A stretch of 64,000 nt of DNA, taken from sequence record OM728297.1, one strand, 5' to 3'. Of this stretch, positions 1-10,430 are shown one piece after another. A program made the position numbers and the translations under genes. Within the stretch, counting starts at the first letter, position 1. Each line of letters opens with the position of its first letter. The notes below the pieces were generated by a model. The model saw only the letters and a list, made by a program, of their open reading frames with translations, ran no database searches and had not been told where the DNA came from.

Positions 1-1
1 A

Positions 2-883
2 GATGAACTAGAAAGAAGATTTTCAGAGTCTGTAATTACTGAAAATGATTTAAGAGATGCTAATAAAAAATTACTTGAAAGTTTTAGTGATGATTTAAAC
101 CTTCAAGTATTAAATGATTCTACTGTTAGTAAAGAATATAAAAATTTATTAGAAGATAAAAAAGATGATTCAAATAACAAAAAAGTTGAAAAAGAATTAT
201 CTGCAAAACCAAAAATTGATAATACAGAAATTAAAAAAGCAAATGAATTAACTCCAACTAATGTTTCTGTGGATATTGATTATGAAACTAATAATGGAAC
301 AGTTCATAAGACCATCTCATTTGGAGTTAAATGTGTTGCTCACCTTCTTGATTCTCAAGATATCGAGTATTTTCTCCCAAATGCTGTAATTACTAAAACA
401 CCAATCATGCGTATGATTCAATGGACATCAGGGGAGATTAAATTCTTTAAAGATTTCTTATTTTCTATTGATGAAATTAAAAGAACTGCTGTTAAATCAA
501 ATGATAAAAATAGCTTCTGGTGGAGAAAACTACAAACAATCTCAAAAGTAGCTCATGCTCGTCCTTCTTTATTTGCATTAAGTAAAGGAAGAAAACTAGG
601 GAAAGCTCCTATTCCTACCTCTACAATGGTAATCAGTAAAGAAAATGTAGACAATATTCGTCATAAACATGGTATTGATCTTCTTGCAAAACCTTCATTC
701 GTTAAAAAGATTATGAAGAATTTCTTCTTAATGACTTTTATCATTGTTGATGAAAGTATTGAAACGGTATATATCTTTAATGAAGATACCAGCGATTTCA
801 GTCATTATTCTTTCAGATCATTAGAAGGTTTCTCAAAACAAAAAAATATTGATATAAAAGATATTTATAGTCTTTTAAAATAA
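2..883 (+). CDS. 5'-truncated probable virion/head protein (ORF open from window start; ORF-track start at 269 is internal)
   Basis: Frame of the 269..883 ORF has no stop back to base 2; upstream part is acidic with LLES/LLED-type motifs like neighbouring head proteins. Confidence 0.6.
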   Translation, partial: DELERRFSESVITENDLRDANKKLLESFSDDLNLQVLNDSTVSKEYKNLLEDKKDDSNNKKVEKELSAKPKIDNTEIKKANELTPTNVSVDIDYETNNGTVHKTISFGVKCVAHLLDSQDIEYFLPNAVITKTPIMRMIQWTSGEIKFFKDFLFSIDEIKRTAVKSNDKNSFWWRKLQTISKVAHARPSLFALSKGRKLGKAPIPTSTMVISKENVDNIRHKHGIDLLAKPSFVKKIMKNFFLMTFIIVDESIETVYIFNEDTSDFSHYSFRSLEGFSKQKNIDIKDIYSLLK

Positions 884-898
884 AAGAGGTGAGTATAT

Positions 899-1933
899 AT
901 GTTTTTTGAAAAGAAAACCACTCTATTAGAACAAAATGATGAATTTTTAGGTGGAATTCTTATTCGTGAAGATAGCGAATGGAGTAAGTACAAAATTCAA
1001 AGTTTAGCTGAAGATATTAAATCTGATGTTACAGACCGTGTTGTCACAAACTTATTTAGTGACATTAAATCAAAAGCACTTAGTGTTGATTTCGCTATAG
1101 TTGATAAGTCAAAGGGTGATATCACTCGCCTAGCTAATTACAATACTATTTCTAATGCTATTTCCTTTATTAAAAAAGGAGTTAGTGGACAAAGTGATGA
1201 TGCCCAAATTGTCAAAGCTGTAAGTCAGCTTGAATTCACTTTAAATACTCTTATTAAATATAAAAAAGATTTTCAGCGTGGATTTATGTTAAATGATTCA
1301 ATTACTCGTTACCTGTATAATTCTATCGTTATTGCTATTATTCAAGGAACTTCCTATTTGGTTTCAGAGACTGTCCAGCTAACAAAAGATAATCTAAATT
1401 TGTATAATGTCACTTATAGAGATTCCAAAGAAATCTTTAATAACAATCACATTAAATCAATCTCAGTATTTAATCAATTGGAACGAAAAGGTCAGCTGGT
1501 TAAGTTATTTAAAGAATCACATAACTTGGCTGAAAATACTTTAATCAACATTGGTAAAGATGTATTGAAGCGCCTATCTGATCTTGGTGGAGTTACTAAG
1601 TGGATTGCAATTCTTGGTTTAATTGGATTTTCTTTGACCTTTATTAGAAGTATTATTTTCTTGTATTTCAATTCAAGAGTTAAATTATCTCAGTATCTTA
1701 CACATTTAAAAGATTTTGTTGAAATGAATTCATCAACTCTTGAACATGATGCTAAAAAAGTAAGAGAACGTCAAGAAAAAATTGCTCAAGCTCTTGGGAA
1801 ATTATCTGATCGAATTCGAGTTGACCAAAACGTAGCAAATGATAGAGCAAATAGTCAAATTGAAGAATCAAATAAAATTATTGCTATTGATAACAGCCCA
1901 TCTAATAATAGCACTAGTTTAGATTTATATTAA
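899..1933 (+). CDS. Hypothetical virion protein with one hydrophobic helix and C-terminal coiled coil
   Basis: 344 aa, RBS AGAGGTGAG, hydrophobic segment KWIAILGLIGFSLTFIRSIIFLYF, in head-protein cluster. Confidence 0.55.
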   Translation: MFFEKKTTLLEQNDEFLGGILIREDSEWSKYKIQSLAEDIKSDVTDRVVTNLFSDIKSKALSVDFAIVDKSKGDITRLANYNTISNAISFIKKGVSGQSDDAQIVKAVSQLEFTLNTLIKYKKDFQRGFMLNDSITRYLYNSIVIAIIQGTSYLVSETVQLTKDNLNLYNVTYRDSKEIFNNNHIKSISVFNQLERKGQLVKLFKESHNLAENTLINIGKDVLKRLSDLGGVTKWIAILGLIGFSLTFIRSIIFLYFNSRVKLSQYLTHLKDFVEMNSSTLEHDAKKVRERQEKIAQALGKLSDRIRVDQNVANDRANSQIEESNKIIAIDNSPSNNSTSLDLY

Positions 1934-1950
1934 AATTATAAATACAAATA

Positions 1951-1962
1951 AACATATAATTA
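1951..1962 (+). promoter_or_regulatory. Late-type promoter AACA-N6-TA
   Basis: AACA TATAAT TA 45 nt upstream of the 372-aa head protein gene; matches AR9 late consensus as recalled. Confidence 0.55.
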
Positions 1963-2006
1963 GTAAAATTAAATAATAACCTAATTCCGAAGGGAGAAAA
2001 TAAATA

Positions 2007-3125
2007 ATGAAAAATCTGTTTCTATTAGAAGATGTTGAGTTGGATGAAACAAAAGAAGAGGAAAAAGAAGTTGTAACTGAAGCAGTTATTGAAGATAAAA
2101 CTGGTCTTATTGCTCTTACTCTTGAGGCTGAAATGAGCTGGAATAACCTTCATACTGAAATCGTCAAAGAAGAATTTCAAGCAATCATGAAAGAAGATGA
2201 AGAACAGGCAACTAAAAGTCGTTCAGAATTCTTCAAGAAAGCAATTGCTTTCTTCCAAGAATTATGGAAAAAATTTGTACAAGTTATTCGGAATCTAGTA
2301 TCTCGTCTCCAAGTACAGTTTACTAATGGGGAAAAATTCTTAGCTTCTCGTAAGGAAAAATTAGCTCGTTATCAAGGTGATAAAACTGTTTCTATCTACA
2401 ATTGGAAAGTTAAAGGAATGCTTGGAATTGCTAAAGAATTCCCAACTAATCGTTTAGGTGGCAGTCTTGTAGGAGCTATTAATCAAGCCGCTAAGAGTGG
2501 AAAAGCTGTTTCAGCTGATGAAATTGCTAAAGGATTAGGTTTTGAATCCTTCTCTGCTATTGATAAAGGTGTAGTTGCTAAAGCTCGTGGAAATGAAAAA
2601 GTTGAAGTTAAAGTTAGTCCACAAGTTCTTTCATCTGCGGCTAATGATGTCAAATCTGCTAAACAAATTCTAGGTATTGTTAACCAACTTGGAAAACAAT
2701 CTCAAGGAATCATCCAAGAAGGACGTAAAGCGGCTACAGCTGGCTTAAATGCAAAAGATCCTCAAGATCAACAAAAACAAAGTGCGGCTGTTCAAACTGC
2801 AAAAGCGGCTCAATCAGTTCTTAACAAAGTACTAAATGTATTTGTTAAACTTGAAGTTGAGTGTTATGGAGATTCTATGCGTATTGTTTCTGCGGCTACT
2901 TCTGGTGGAAGTGCAGGAATGAAAGCTGATAAAAAGGCTTCTAAAAATGCGGCTAAAGGAAAACGTGGAAACGAACTAGCAGTAAGTGAAGATGTTGAAC
3001 TTGATGAAGAACAACCAATTCTTACTCTTGAAGATTTTGAAGAAGATGAAGAAACAAAGGAAGAAGAGATTGCACTAGAAGATCTAGAGGATCTTAATCT
3101 TGAAGATCTAGAAGAAATTGAATAA
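2007..3125 (+). CDS. Probable internal head (ejection/inner-body-type) protein with acidic N- and C-terminal propeptides
   Basis: Acidic termini with repeated LE/LED motifs around an Ala/Lys-rich helical core; typical of phiKZ-related head proteins processed after Glu. Confidence 0.6.
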   Translation: MKNLFLLEDVELDETKEEEKEVVTEAVIEDKTGLIALTLEAEMSWNNLHTEIVKEEFQAIMKEDEEQATKSRSEFFKKAIAFFQELWKKFVQVIRNLVSRLQVQFTNGEKFLASRKEKLARYQGDKTVSIYNWKVKGMLGIAKEFPTNRLGGSLVGAINQAAKSGKAVSADEIAKGLGFESFSAIDKGVVAKARGNEKVEVKVSPQVLSSAANDVKSAKQILGIVNQLGKQSQGIIQEGRKAATAGLNAKDPQDQQKQSAAVQTAKAAQSVLNKVLNVFVKLEVECYGDSMRIVSAATSGGSAGMKADKKASKNAAKGKRGNELAVSEDVELDEEQPILTLEDFEEDEETKEEEIALEDLEDLNLEDLEEIE

Positions 3126-3132
3126 TATAAAT

Positions 3133-3167
3133 AAGGATACGATTCTAATATGAATCGTATCCTTTTT
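3133..3167 (+). terminator. Intrinsic terminator
   Basis: 13-bp stem AAGGATACGATTC/GAATCGTATCCTT, 6-nt loop, T tract. Confidence 0.75.
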
Positions 3168-3192
3168 AATAAAGTATAAGGGGGAATTATTA

Positions 3193-4083
3193 ATGGAATT
3201 TTTAAATGAATCAATAATGACAACAGATATATTAGAAGCAGAAATGAATTTTAATAATATCTATCATGAACTTTTATCTGAGGAAATTAGTTTATTTCTA
3301 AATGAAGATGACCCTATTGATCACAATCCAAATCCTACTGACTATAAAATGAGGATAAAAGAAGTTGCAAATAAATTGTTGCAAGCCATAATAGATATTT
3401 GGATTGCTTTTATATCTAGAATTAAAGATGTAGTAAATAAAGTTATTATCCATATGAAATTAGCAGATAAATTTATGGATCAAAATAGAAAATATCTTCA
3501 AGAATTTGAAAAGACAAATATGTATTTTTCAGATACAAAGATTAAAGTAAGTCCACTATTACTTGATCAACGAAGAGTTGATACTGTAATGAATGCTGTT
3601 AGATCAGTTAAGATTGTTTCTGATGATATTATGAAGGTAAAAATTAGACCAGAGGATATTAGTAAGGATACCATTCAGAAAGAATTAAGTATGAAATTAA
3701 GTAATGCTAAAAAAGAAATAAATAAAATGATTGTTGAAAAAGAAGAAGTAACACCAAATAAAGATTTATATGAAAAAAGTAAATTATTCTTACTCAAAGG
3801 TTATGATAGTTTAGTAGCTGAATTTAGTAAAATGTATAAGACTACAGATTCAATTATTAGAGCTAGTAAAAATAATTTTATAAGTAAATTTAATGTTGAT
3901 ACTTCTACAAGAGATGGAAAATTAGCTGTTAATGGTTATATTGAAATCTCAAGAATGTGTGTTTCAACTGTTATTGAATGTTATTCTAGAATGCTTAGTC
4001 TCTTAAATCAATTATATACTGATTCATTTACAGTATGTAGGATGACAGTAGCTGAAGTTAAAAAAAGAAGAAATAATGACTAA
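3193..4083 (+). CDS. Probable head protein, paralog of 2007-3125
   Basis: Shares LEAEM-x-[WF]-NN-[LI] and the following amphipathic helix with the upstream ORF. Confidence 0.55.
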   Translation: MEFLNESIMTTDILEAEMNFNNIYHELLSEEISLFLNEDDPIDHNPNPTDYKMRIKEVANKLLQAIIDIWIAFISRIKDVVNKVIIHMKLADKFMDQNRKYLQEFEKTNMYFSDTKIKVSPLLLDQRRVDTVMNAVRSVKIVSDDIMKVKIRPEDISKDTIQKELSMKLSNAKKEINKMIVEKEEVTPNKDLYEKSKLFLLKGYDSLVAEFSKMYKTTDSIIRASKNNFISKFNVDTSTRDGKLAVNGYIEISRMCVSTVIECYSRMLSLLNQLYTDSFTVCRMTVAEVKKRRNND

Positions 4084-4088
4084 TGTCA

Positions 4089-5279
4089 TTATTTCTTTTT
4101 AAAGTATAATTTAGCTTGTAAGTCTGAATACCCATTACTTCCTACATTAAATATAGAACTAGATTTTAGAATATGATATTCCCCACTATAGTTACTGTAG
4201 TTATTAGCGGCAAAATTAAAATAAAATTGGTTATTACATGATATAGCATCTATATCAATAGCATCTAAAGTGCATGTCAAAAAAATTCCTTTTTTAGAAT
4301 TTGTTACAATTTCCTTTTCTTTATGCTTATTATTATACCTATTATAATAAACTCTTGTTTTAATTTCATTAGTACCATAGTCATTTCTCACAATATCGCT
4401 GTTACTTTGAGAAATAATAATATTATGAGTACCAAGGAATTCTTTTCTAGAATCAGAATAGTTTATAAATTTTATATTAGAAATATGAACTTTAGCTGAG
4501 TAGAAATTTCCAGATTCTGTTACTGTATCATTATAGAATAATGAATCTCCTTCAGCAGTATCACTAACAACCTTTATATGAGTATTTTTATATTTACCTT
4601 CTAATACAGGTAAATTAGAATTATCATGTTTATTAATAATATAATATGCATTAAAATCTAGGAATATTCTTAGTCCATAATTATATATTCCATAAACAGT
4701 ATCAAGATATTTCATTGATCTAATAATATTATTAGGAGGTAGTATAATTTGATCATATATAATTTGATTATCTGGTTTTTCAAATATAATTGGTTTTGAT
4801 GGAAATTTTTGTGCAAGATATAAAATTGTACTCTCAATATCAGAGTCTTTTAAAACTGTGTTAACTAGTCTTTTATTATTCGATAAATCTTCTTCACTCA
4901 TTAATAAAAAAGTAGTTCTTAAACTAGGAATCTGATCAGTAACACTATTTAAACCTTCAGGCATATTAATTGGAGAAATATCCTTATCAACTGGTATAAA
5001 AATTTTATTTTTCATATAATACGTAAAGATAGTTGTATCATTACTCTCCAAATTCTCATGTTTGTATTTTTTAATAGTTATTGAGAATTTACATGAATCA
5101 TTTTTCTGAATTAGATAATAACTTTCAAAATCTAATTCTACATTTAATCTTAAAATAGGAAATACATTATTATCATAATCATTAATTATTTCTATGCTCC
5201 TAAACATACTGTCTAATACTATTGGATTATCAATTCCGTCAATAGCAACAAATCCTTCTATTAAATAAGAAGCATCCAT
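4089..5279 (-). CDS. Probable baseplate hub/tail structural protein
   Basis: Start moved to ATG at 5279 (RBS AGGAGG); beta-rich, hub-like C-terminus (GEYHILKSSSIF...LYFKK). Confidence 0.4.
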   Translation of the reverse strand: MDASYLIEGFVAIDGIDNPIVLDSMFRSIEIINDYDNNVFPILRLNVELDFESYYLIQKNDSCKFSITIKKYKHENLESNDTTIFTYYMKNKIFIPVDKDISPINMPEGLNSVTDQIPSLRTTFLLMSEEDLSNNKRLVNTVLKDSDIESTILYLAQKFPSKPIIFEKPDNQIIYDQIILPPNNIIRSMKYLDTVYGIYNYGLRIFLDFNAYYIINKHDNSNLPVLEGKYKNTHIKVVSDTAEGDSLFYNDTVTESGNFYSAKVHISNIKFINYSDSRKEFLGTHNIIISQSNSDIVRNDYGTNEIKTRVYYNRYNNKHKEKEIVTNSKKGIFLTCTLDAIDIDAISCNNQFYFNFAANNYSNYSGEYHILKSSSIFNVGSNGYSDLQAKLYFKKK

Positions 5280-5317
5280 TATAATTACCTCCTTATAAAA
5301 AAAAAAGATAGCAAACG

Positions 5318-5506
5318 CTATCTTTTTAAACATTTACAATCTTTATCACATAGTGAATGTAAACTATGATTTTCTTCTCTTAATTTATCTCTCTCTTTTT
5401 TAATATTAGAAAAATGAAATAAATGAAGAAATATTAACATTAAAATCAGGATTGTAATAAAACGAATTACAATATATTTCATAATACTATTATTATTATT
5501 ATTCAT
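5318..5506 (-). CDS. Small membrane protein
   Basis: RBS GAAGGGG before ATG 5506; single hydrophobic helix. Confidence 0.5.
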   Translation of the reverse strand: MNNNNNSIMKYIVIRFITILILMLIFLHLFHFSNIKKERDKLREENHSLHSLCDKDCKCLKR

Positions 5507-6632
5507 ACTTTTCCCCTTCAAAAACATACTCCAATAAGATTGGATATCTGTCAAAATATTTACTATTTACAAATTTAACTGATTCTGCATCTATACGATC
5601 GAATAATTGTGATTCAATATTGATTATATCTTTGTTACTAAAATTATAAAGATTATTATTTAATAGTTGCATATTCTTATATAATTCTTTTAAATTTTCC
5701 TCACCTAATTCATCTCTTAGACCATTCAATAGGTCTGTATTATTATATTCAATATTCTTTAATATATTATTATCAATACATTTTTGAATAAAATTAAGAG
5801 CCTTAATATTTCCCATTTTCTTAATACTACTGATATCATAATCTTTATATCCTGTAAGAGAAACCAATAATGAATACATATCTGGGAAAATAGAGAAATA
5901 ATAATCCCTTTTACTTTTTTCTAGGAGAATATCAATAATATCTTCTGATGCTACAAATCTTGATTTTTCTTTTCCTCTAAGTTCTAATTGAAGAATTCTG
6001 TCTTGTAAGTTTAAATCTTGATAATGAATTTTTTCATTTGAAATAATTATATTCATATCATTTTTATTAATAATATTTTGTTTAAGTCTTGAATTTTCAG
6101 ATAAGAATAAATGTGGTACTAATCTTGGATCCATTTCATCCGTTTTGATAAAGTAGGCATGTGGTACATATTCACAAAATAATTTAATAATATGAACATT
6201 CTTCTTAACCATATTATTAAATAAGCCAAAGGTCTGATTTTTATCATCTAATCTTTTTTCATAAAAAGAACTTCTATAGTTTTTATCAATATTAGTTAAT
6301 CTCGTATCTCTTTTATCTGAATAATAGAAAACAAAGTTAGTATACATTTTTAATCTTGAATAGAAGAAATGTCTATAATGTCCAATAATATTAATAACTT
6401 CTGAAGCAATCATAAAACGTTCTCTCTGTTTTAATGAATTCATTGTTTCTAAAGTTTGTGGATTGTATAATGACTTAACTATATCCCAAAAATCAATAAA
6501 AATATTAACAGTATTATACTCTCTATCATTACCAGTTATAATCGTTTTATTATTAATATATGGTTTGACTAAAGGCATTAATGTATCATAACTTAATTTT
6601 TTGGAATGAAGGATTTTTTCTAATAATAACAT
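5499..6632 (-). CDS. FEN/5'-3' exonuclease-fold protein (T4 RNase H-like)
   Basis: N-terminal IFIDF strand and helix-3-turn-helix-like LTGYKDYDISSIKKMGNIKALNFI. Confidence 0.5.
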   Translation of the reverse strand: MLLLEKILHSKKLSYDTLMPLVKPYINNKTIITGNDREYNTVNIFIDFWDIVKSLYNPQTLETMNSLKQRERFMIASEVINIIGHYRHFFYSRLKMYTNFVFYYSDKRDTRLTNIDKNYRSSFYEKRLDDKNQTFGLFNNMVKKNVHIIKLFCEYVPHAYFIKTDEMDPRLVPHLFLSENSRLKQNIINKNDMNIIISNEKIHYQDLNLQDRILQLELRGKEKSRFVASEDIIDILLEKSKRDYYFSIFPDMYSLLVSLTGYKDYDISSIKKMGNIKALNFIQKCIDNNILKNIEYNNTDLLNGLRDELGEENLKELYKNMQLLNNNLYNFSNKDIINIESQLFDRIDAESVKFVNSKYFDRYPILLEYVFEGEKYE

Positions 6633-6634
6633 TT

Positions 6635-7165
6635 TTATTCTCCCTTATTGTTAATATTAACTACTTCTATGCTATGACTTTCTAATAATTTCTTTGTTTC
6701 TTCAAAACTATCATATTCTTTATCAAATACAATTCGTTTAATACCATGAGTTATTAATTGTTTAGTACAATTAAAACAAGGTGAATATGTAATATATGCA
6801 GTAGCACCTTCAACTGAAACACCATTCTTATGCGCTTTTGCAATGGCATTCATCTCAGCGTGAATTTCATGAATCAAAGACCACTTATGATGTTCTTCTT
6901 GATCTTCACATAATTCCCAGCCCCAAGGATCAAATATATTTTTCATCCCTTTACCTAAAGTGGAATGTTTTTTATACCATTTTCCATCTCTTTTCATAAA
7001 TTTATCACAACAATTATCTTTTTTAGAAGCAGTTCCATTTATACCTACTGCCAAAATATTAGTATCTTTTTCAATAATACATCCAACTTGTTTAGCCGCA
7101 CATTTAGATTCAATTGAAACTCTTTTTGCTATGTCCATATACATTAAATCCCATTTGTTTACCAT
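6635..7165 (-). CDS. dCMP deaminase
   Basis: HAEMNAI and PCFNC zinc motifs, SKCAAKQVGCII, GINGT. Confidence 0.92.
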   Translation of the reverse strand: MVNKWDLMYMDIAKRVSIESKCAAKQVGCIIEKDTNILAVGINGTASKKDNCCDKFMKRDGKWYKKHSTLGKGMKNIFDPWGWELCEDQEEHHKWSLIHEIHAEMNAIAKAHKNGVSVEGATAYITYSPCFNCTKQLITHGIKRIVFDKEYDSFEETKKLLESHSIEVVNINNKGE

Positions 7166-7220
7166 CTCATTTCCTCCATATTAAAATATACTTGTTTGTT
7201 TTTAATTCTTTAAAATATAT

Positions 7221-7255
7221 AAGGAAAACCAGAAATTATTCTGGTTTTCCTTTTT
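7221..7255. terminator. Intrinsic terminator after nrdF
   Basis: 14-bp inverted repeat AAGGAAAACCAGAA/TTCTGGTTTTCCTT with A/T flanks. Confidence 0.7.
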
Positions 7256-7257
7256 AA

Positions 7258-8307
7258 TTAATTTTCAGAGAGTTCATTAAGTTCAGACATTAAGTCTACA
7301 TCTAAGCGATCAATTTTAAATGTTTCTTTTGTAATAGGAGTTACATTTAGTGCTTTAGTATAACCATTTCCTTTTACTGAGAAGAAGTCATGGTTTTTAG
7401 TAGTAGTATTAAGACCATTTTCTACAACTGGGTTAATGTCTTCATCTTCGAATAAATGATCAAAACCTAAGTTGTCAAATGCATTATTAGCATTATAACG
7501 TAGGAATGCATTTACTTCTTCAACTAGTCCTATTTTAGAATAGATTTCTTCAGTATATTCTAGTTCATTTTTATAAAGATCCATTAATAGTTCATTTGCC
7601 CATTGAACTAATTCTTTTTGTTTAGTAGTATCAAATTTTTCAAATAGTTCCTGAGCTAATAATCCCATATATTGACCATGAACTGATTCATCACGGATAA
7701 TTAAGTTAATAATTTCTCCACTGGCTACCATTTTACCTTGACCAGCTAGGTATAACGGATAGAAGAATCCAGAATAGAATAAGAATGATTCTAGCATTAC
7801 ACTGGCTACCATTGCTTTATATAACATTTCATCTGTAATATCTTTAGTAAAAATAGCATCATAATATTTAACAATTTTTTCAGCTTTATACTGAAGGTTC
7901 TTTTGTTCTTCTCCCCATTTAAAAATCTCATCAATTAGACTCATAGAACAAAGTGTTGAGAAAATAGCTGAATACGACTTAGCATGTACATGTTCCATTG
8001 CACCACTAAAAGCAATAACGGCACTCTTTTGTTCATCTTTAATATGAAGAGAAATTAATGGCATTCCTGCGTTTCCTTGTTCAGTATCCAATTTTGTTAA
8101 ACCAACAAGTACTTTGTAGTATGCTTCTTGTTCATCCTTACTAAGTACTTTATTCCAAGTAACAATATCTCCAGTTAAATCAATCTCTTTTTCTAACCAA
8201 AATTGGGAAGTATTAATATCCCAGAAATCAATAGTATATTCATCAGTAAGGCGGTTCCAGTTAACCGCCTTATGAACGATGGGTACAATTTTACTCTCTG
8301 TTGTCAT
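7258..8307 (-). CDS. nrdF: Class Ib ribonucleotide reductase small subunit
   Basis: DTEQ, EHVHAKSY (radical Tyr kept), LESFLFYSGF, RDESVHG, HDFFS. Confidence 0.96.
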   Translation of the reverse strand: MTTESKIVPIVHKAVNWNRLTDEYTIDFWDINTSQFWLEKEIDLTGDIVTWNKVLSKDEQEAYYKVLVGLTKLDTEQGNAGMPLISLHIKDEQKSAVIAFSGAMEHVHAKSYSAIFSTLCSMSLIDEIFKWGEEQKNLQYKAEKIVKYYDAIFTKDITDEMLYKAMVASVMLESFLFYSGFFYPLYLAGQGKMVASGEIINLIIRDESVHGQYMGLLAQELFEKFDTTKQKELVQWANELLMDLYKNELEYTEEIYSKIGLVEEVNAFLRYNANNAFDNLGFDHLFEDEDINPVVENGLNTTTKNHDFFSVKGNGYTKALNVTPITKETFKIDRLDVDLMSELNELSEN

Positions 8308-8333
8308 TTTATCTAGTCCTCTCCTCTTTTAAA

Positions 8334-10430
8334 TCAAACTGCACAAGATTCGCAGATGTCATCTCCTGATTTACTTCTATTACGTACATAGTAAAGACTC
8401 TTTAAACCACGTTTATTGGCATAATACATATGACCAACTAATTGGTCCGTAGGGATATCGCTATTAACAAATAAAGTAGTGGAAATACCCTGATCAATAT
8501 GTTGTTGGATTACTGCAACCATGTCAATAATTTTATTTTGATCCATATCATATGCTGATTTGTAAGACCATTGAGTTCTACCATCTAAATATGGCATTGG
8601 ATAGTATGTTGTAGAATCATGGTAAGTTCTATTTTCAATTCGACTCACAACAGGCATAATGGATTGAGTTGAGTTCTGTACATAGCTAATTGATTGTGTA
8701 GGTGCAATAGCAAGTCTATAAGCATGATATAAACCATTCTCTTTTACTTGTTTTGCTAATTCTGCCCAATCTTCTTTTGTTGGTACAAAGATTCCTTCAA
8801 ATAAATCTTTTACTTTTTGACTCTTAGGTGTATAATCATTTTCAATATAACGCTTGAAATAATTACCATTAGCATATTCAGAATCTTCAAAACGATGGAA
8901 TTTCTTGTTTTTCTCAATAGCAGTTTCCATACTACGTCTAATACTATGGAAATTCATAATTGCAAAGAATACATTAGCAAAGTCTCTTGCTACAGCACTT
9001 TCATATGAAATACTATTTTTAGCAAGGAAGCCATGTAAGTTCATTGCTCCCAAACCAACTGAATGGAATAGCGCATTTGCTTTTCTTATAGATGGTGCGT
9101 TTTTGATATCACTCTTATCTGTTACAGATGTTAAAATATCCATTGCAATATCAACAGAATCTTTAAATTTTTTAGTCTCCATTACATTAACGATATTTAA
9201 TGATGCAAGGTTACAACTGATTCCCAATCCTAATTCATCTTCTTCTCCATAATCATTAATTGCTGATACTGAACTTAACTGCATAATTTCAGTACAAAGG
9301 TTAGAGAATTTAATTTCACCAATTGCTTTTAAAGCATGTTCTTTATTAGCATTTGTTTTGAAGAACAGATAAGGGTATCCTGATTCTAATTGAGTCATTG
9401 CAATTTGATTCATTAGTTTCATTGGTGATAATTCACATACAAATTTCTTAATATTTGGATTATTAACTAATTCATCATACATTACATCTAAATCCATCTC
9501 ATCTAAAGGAATTCCATATTCTTTTTCGACACTATAAGGAGAGAATGTATAGAACTCTTCTTCTCCTGATTCTAGCAATTGAATAAATTTATCAGGAACA
9601 ATAATTCCAGTTGAAAGTGTTTTCATACGAATGCTATCGTCAGCATTGATTTTTTTAGTATTTAGGAAATGAATAATATCCCCATGAAAAATATTAAGAT
9701 AAACAGCTCCTGAGCCTTTGCGTTGACCCATCTGATCAGCATAAGAGAAACTTTGTTCCAATAATTTCATTACAGGAATGACACCTTTAGCGGCATTTTC
9801 TTCACCATTTACTGGATCTCCAAGCATTCTTAATTTAGAAACATTTGTTGAAACCCCTCCACCAATTTTAGAGAGATACTTTGATTGTCCTTCAATATGA
9901 CTAATTGAGTTTAGAGTATCATCAACTTCATCTAAGAAACAAGATACAAGTTCCCCTCTTCTTGCTTTACCAGCATTAAGGAAAGTAGGAGTAGCAGGTT
10001 GAACTCTTTGTTCTATCATTGCAACAGCGGCTTGAATTGCTTTGTCTAGATTCCCATCAAATAGATAGAGAGCAACAATAGCAATTCTATCTTGGTAAGT
10101 TTCTAAGTAATGTTTTTTATCTGTAGTTTTCAAGGCATAAGTACTATAAAATTTGGAGATAGCCATAAATGATTGGAAACTGAATGGTACTTTATTGATC
10201 GCTTTATAAACTTCTTCAATTTGTGATAAACTATAATCTTGAAATACATTATAGTAATAGTTATTTCCAATCAACCAATTAAGACGTTCAAGTAAATTTG
10301 GAAACTTAATAGAATATTCATTAATTTCTTCTGCAAAAGAAGAAATAGCTAATTTGTCATTTTCTAACTGCCAAAAACCATTGTCACCTTTTTTAGTGAT
10401 ACTGTTGTTGTATTTGAGATAATCCTTCAT
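8334..10430 (-). CDS. nrdE: Class Ib ribonucleotide reductase large subunit (uninterrupted)
   Basis: PATPTFLNAG, LVSCFL, FSNLCTE, APTQSISY, C-terminal CESC; no ATP cone. Confidence 0.96.
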   Translation of the reverse strand: MKDYLKYNNSITKKGDNGFWQLENDKLAISSFAEEINEYSIKFPNLLERLNWLIGNNYYYNVFQDYSLSQIEEVYKAINKVPFSFQSFMAISKFYSTYALKTTDKKHYLETYQDRIAIVALYLFDGNLDKAIQAAVAMIEQRVQPATPTFLNAGKARRGELVSCFLDEVDDTLNSISHIEGQSKYLSKIGGGVSTNVSKLRMLGDPVNGEENAAKGVIPVMKLLEQSFSYADQMGQRKGSGAVYLNIFHGDIIHFLNTKKINADDSIRMKTLSTGIIVPDKFIQLLESGEEEFYTFSPYSVEKEYGIPLDEMDLDVMYDELVNNPNIKKFVCELSPMKLMNQIAMTQLESGYPYLFFKTNANKEHALKAIGEIKFSNLCTEIMQLSSVSAINDYGEEDELGLGISCNLASLNIVNVMETKKFKDSVDIAMDILTSVTDKSDIKNAPSIRKANALFHSVGLGAMNLHGFLAKNSISYESAVARDFANVFFAIMNFHSIRRSMETAIEKNKKFHRFEDSEYANGNYFKRYIENDYTPKSQKVKDLFEGIFVPTKEDWAELAKQVKENGLYHAYRLAIAPTQSISYVQNSTQSIMPVVSRIENRTYHDSTTYYPMPYLDGRTQWSYKSAYDMDQNKIIDMVAVIQQHIDQGISTTLFVNSDIPTDQLVGHMYYANKRGLKSLYYVRNRSKSGDDICESCAV

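Noticed and set aside
7258-10430. Introns or inteins in nrdE/nrdF, common in Bacillus phages
   Set aside because: Both ORFs are continuous, of normal length, with all motifs
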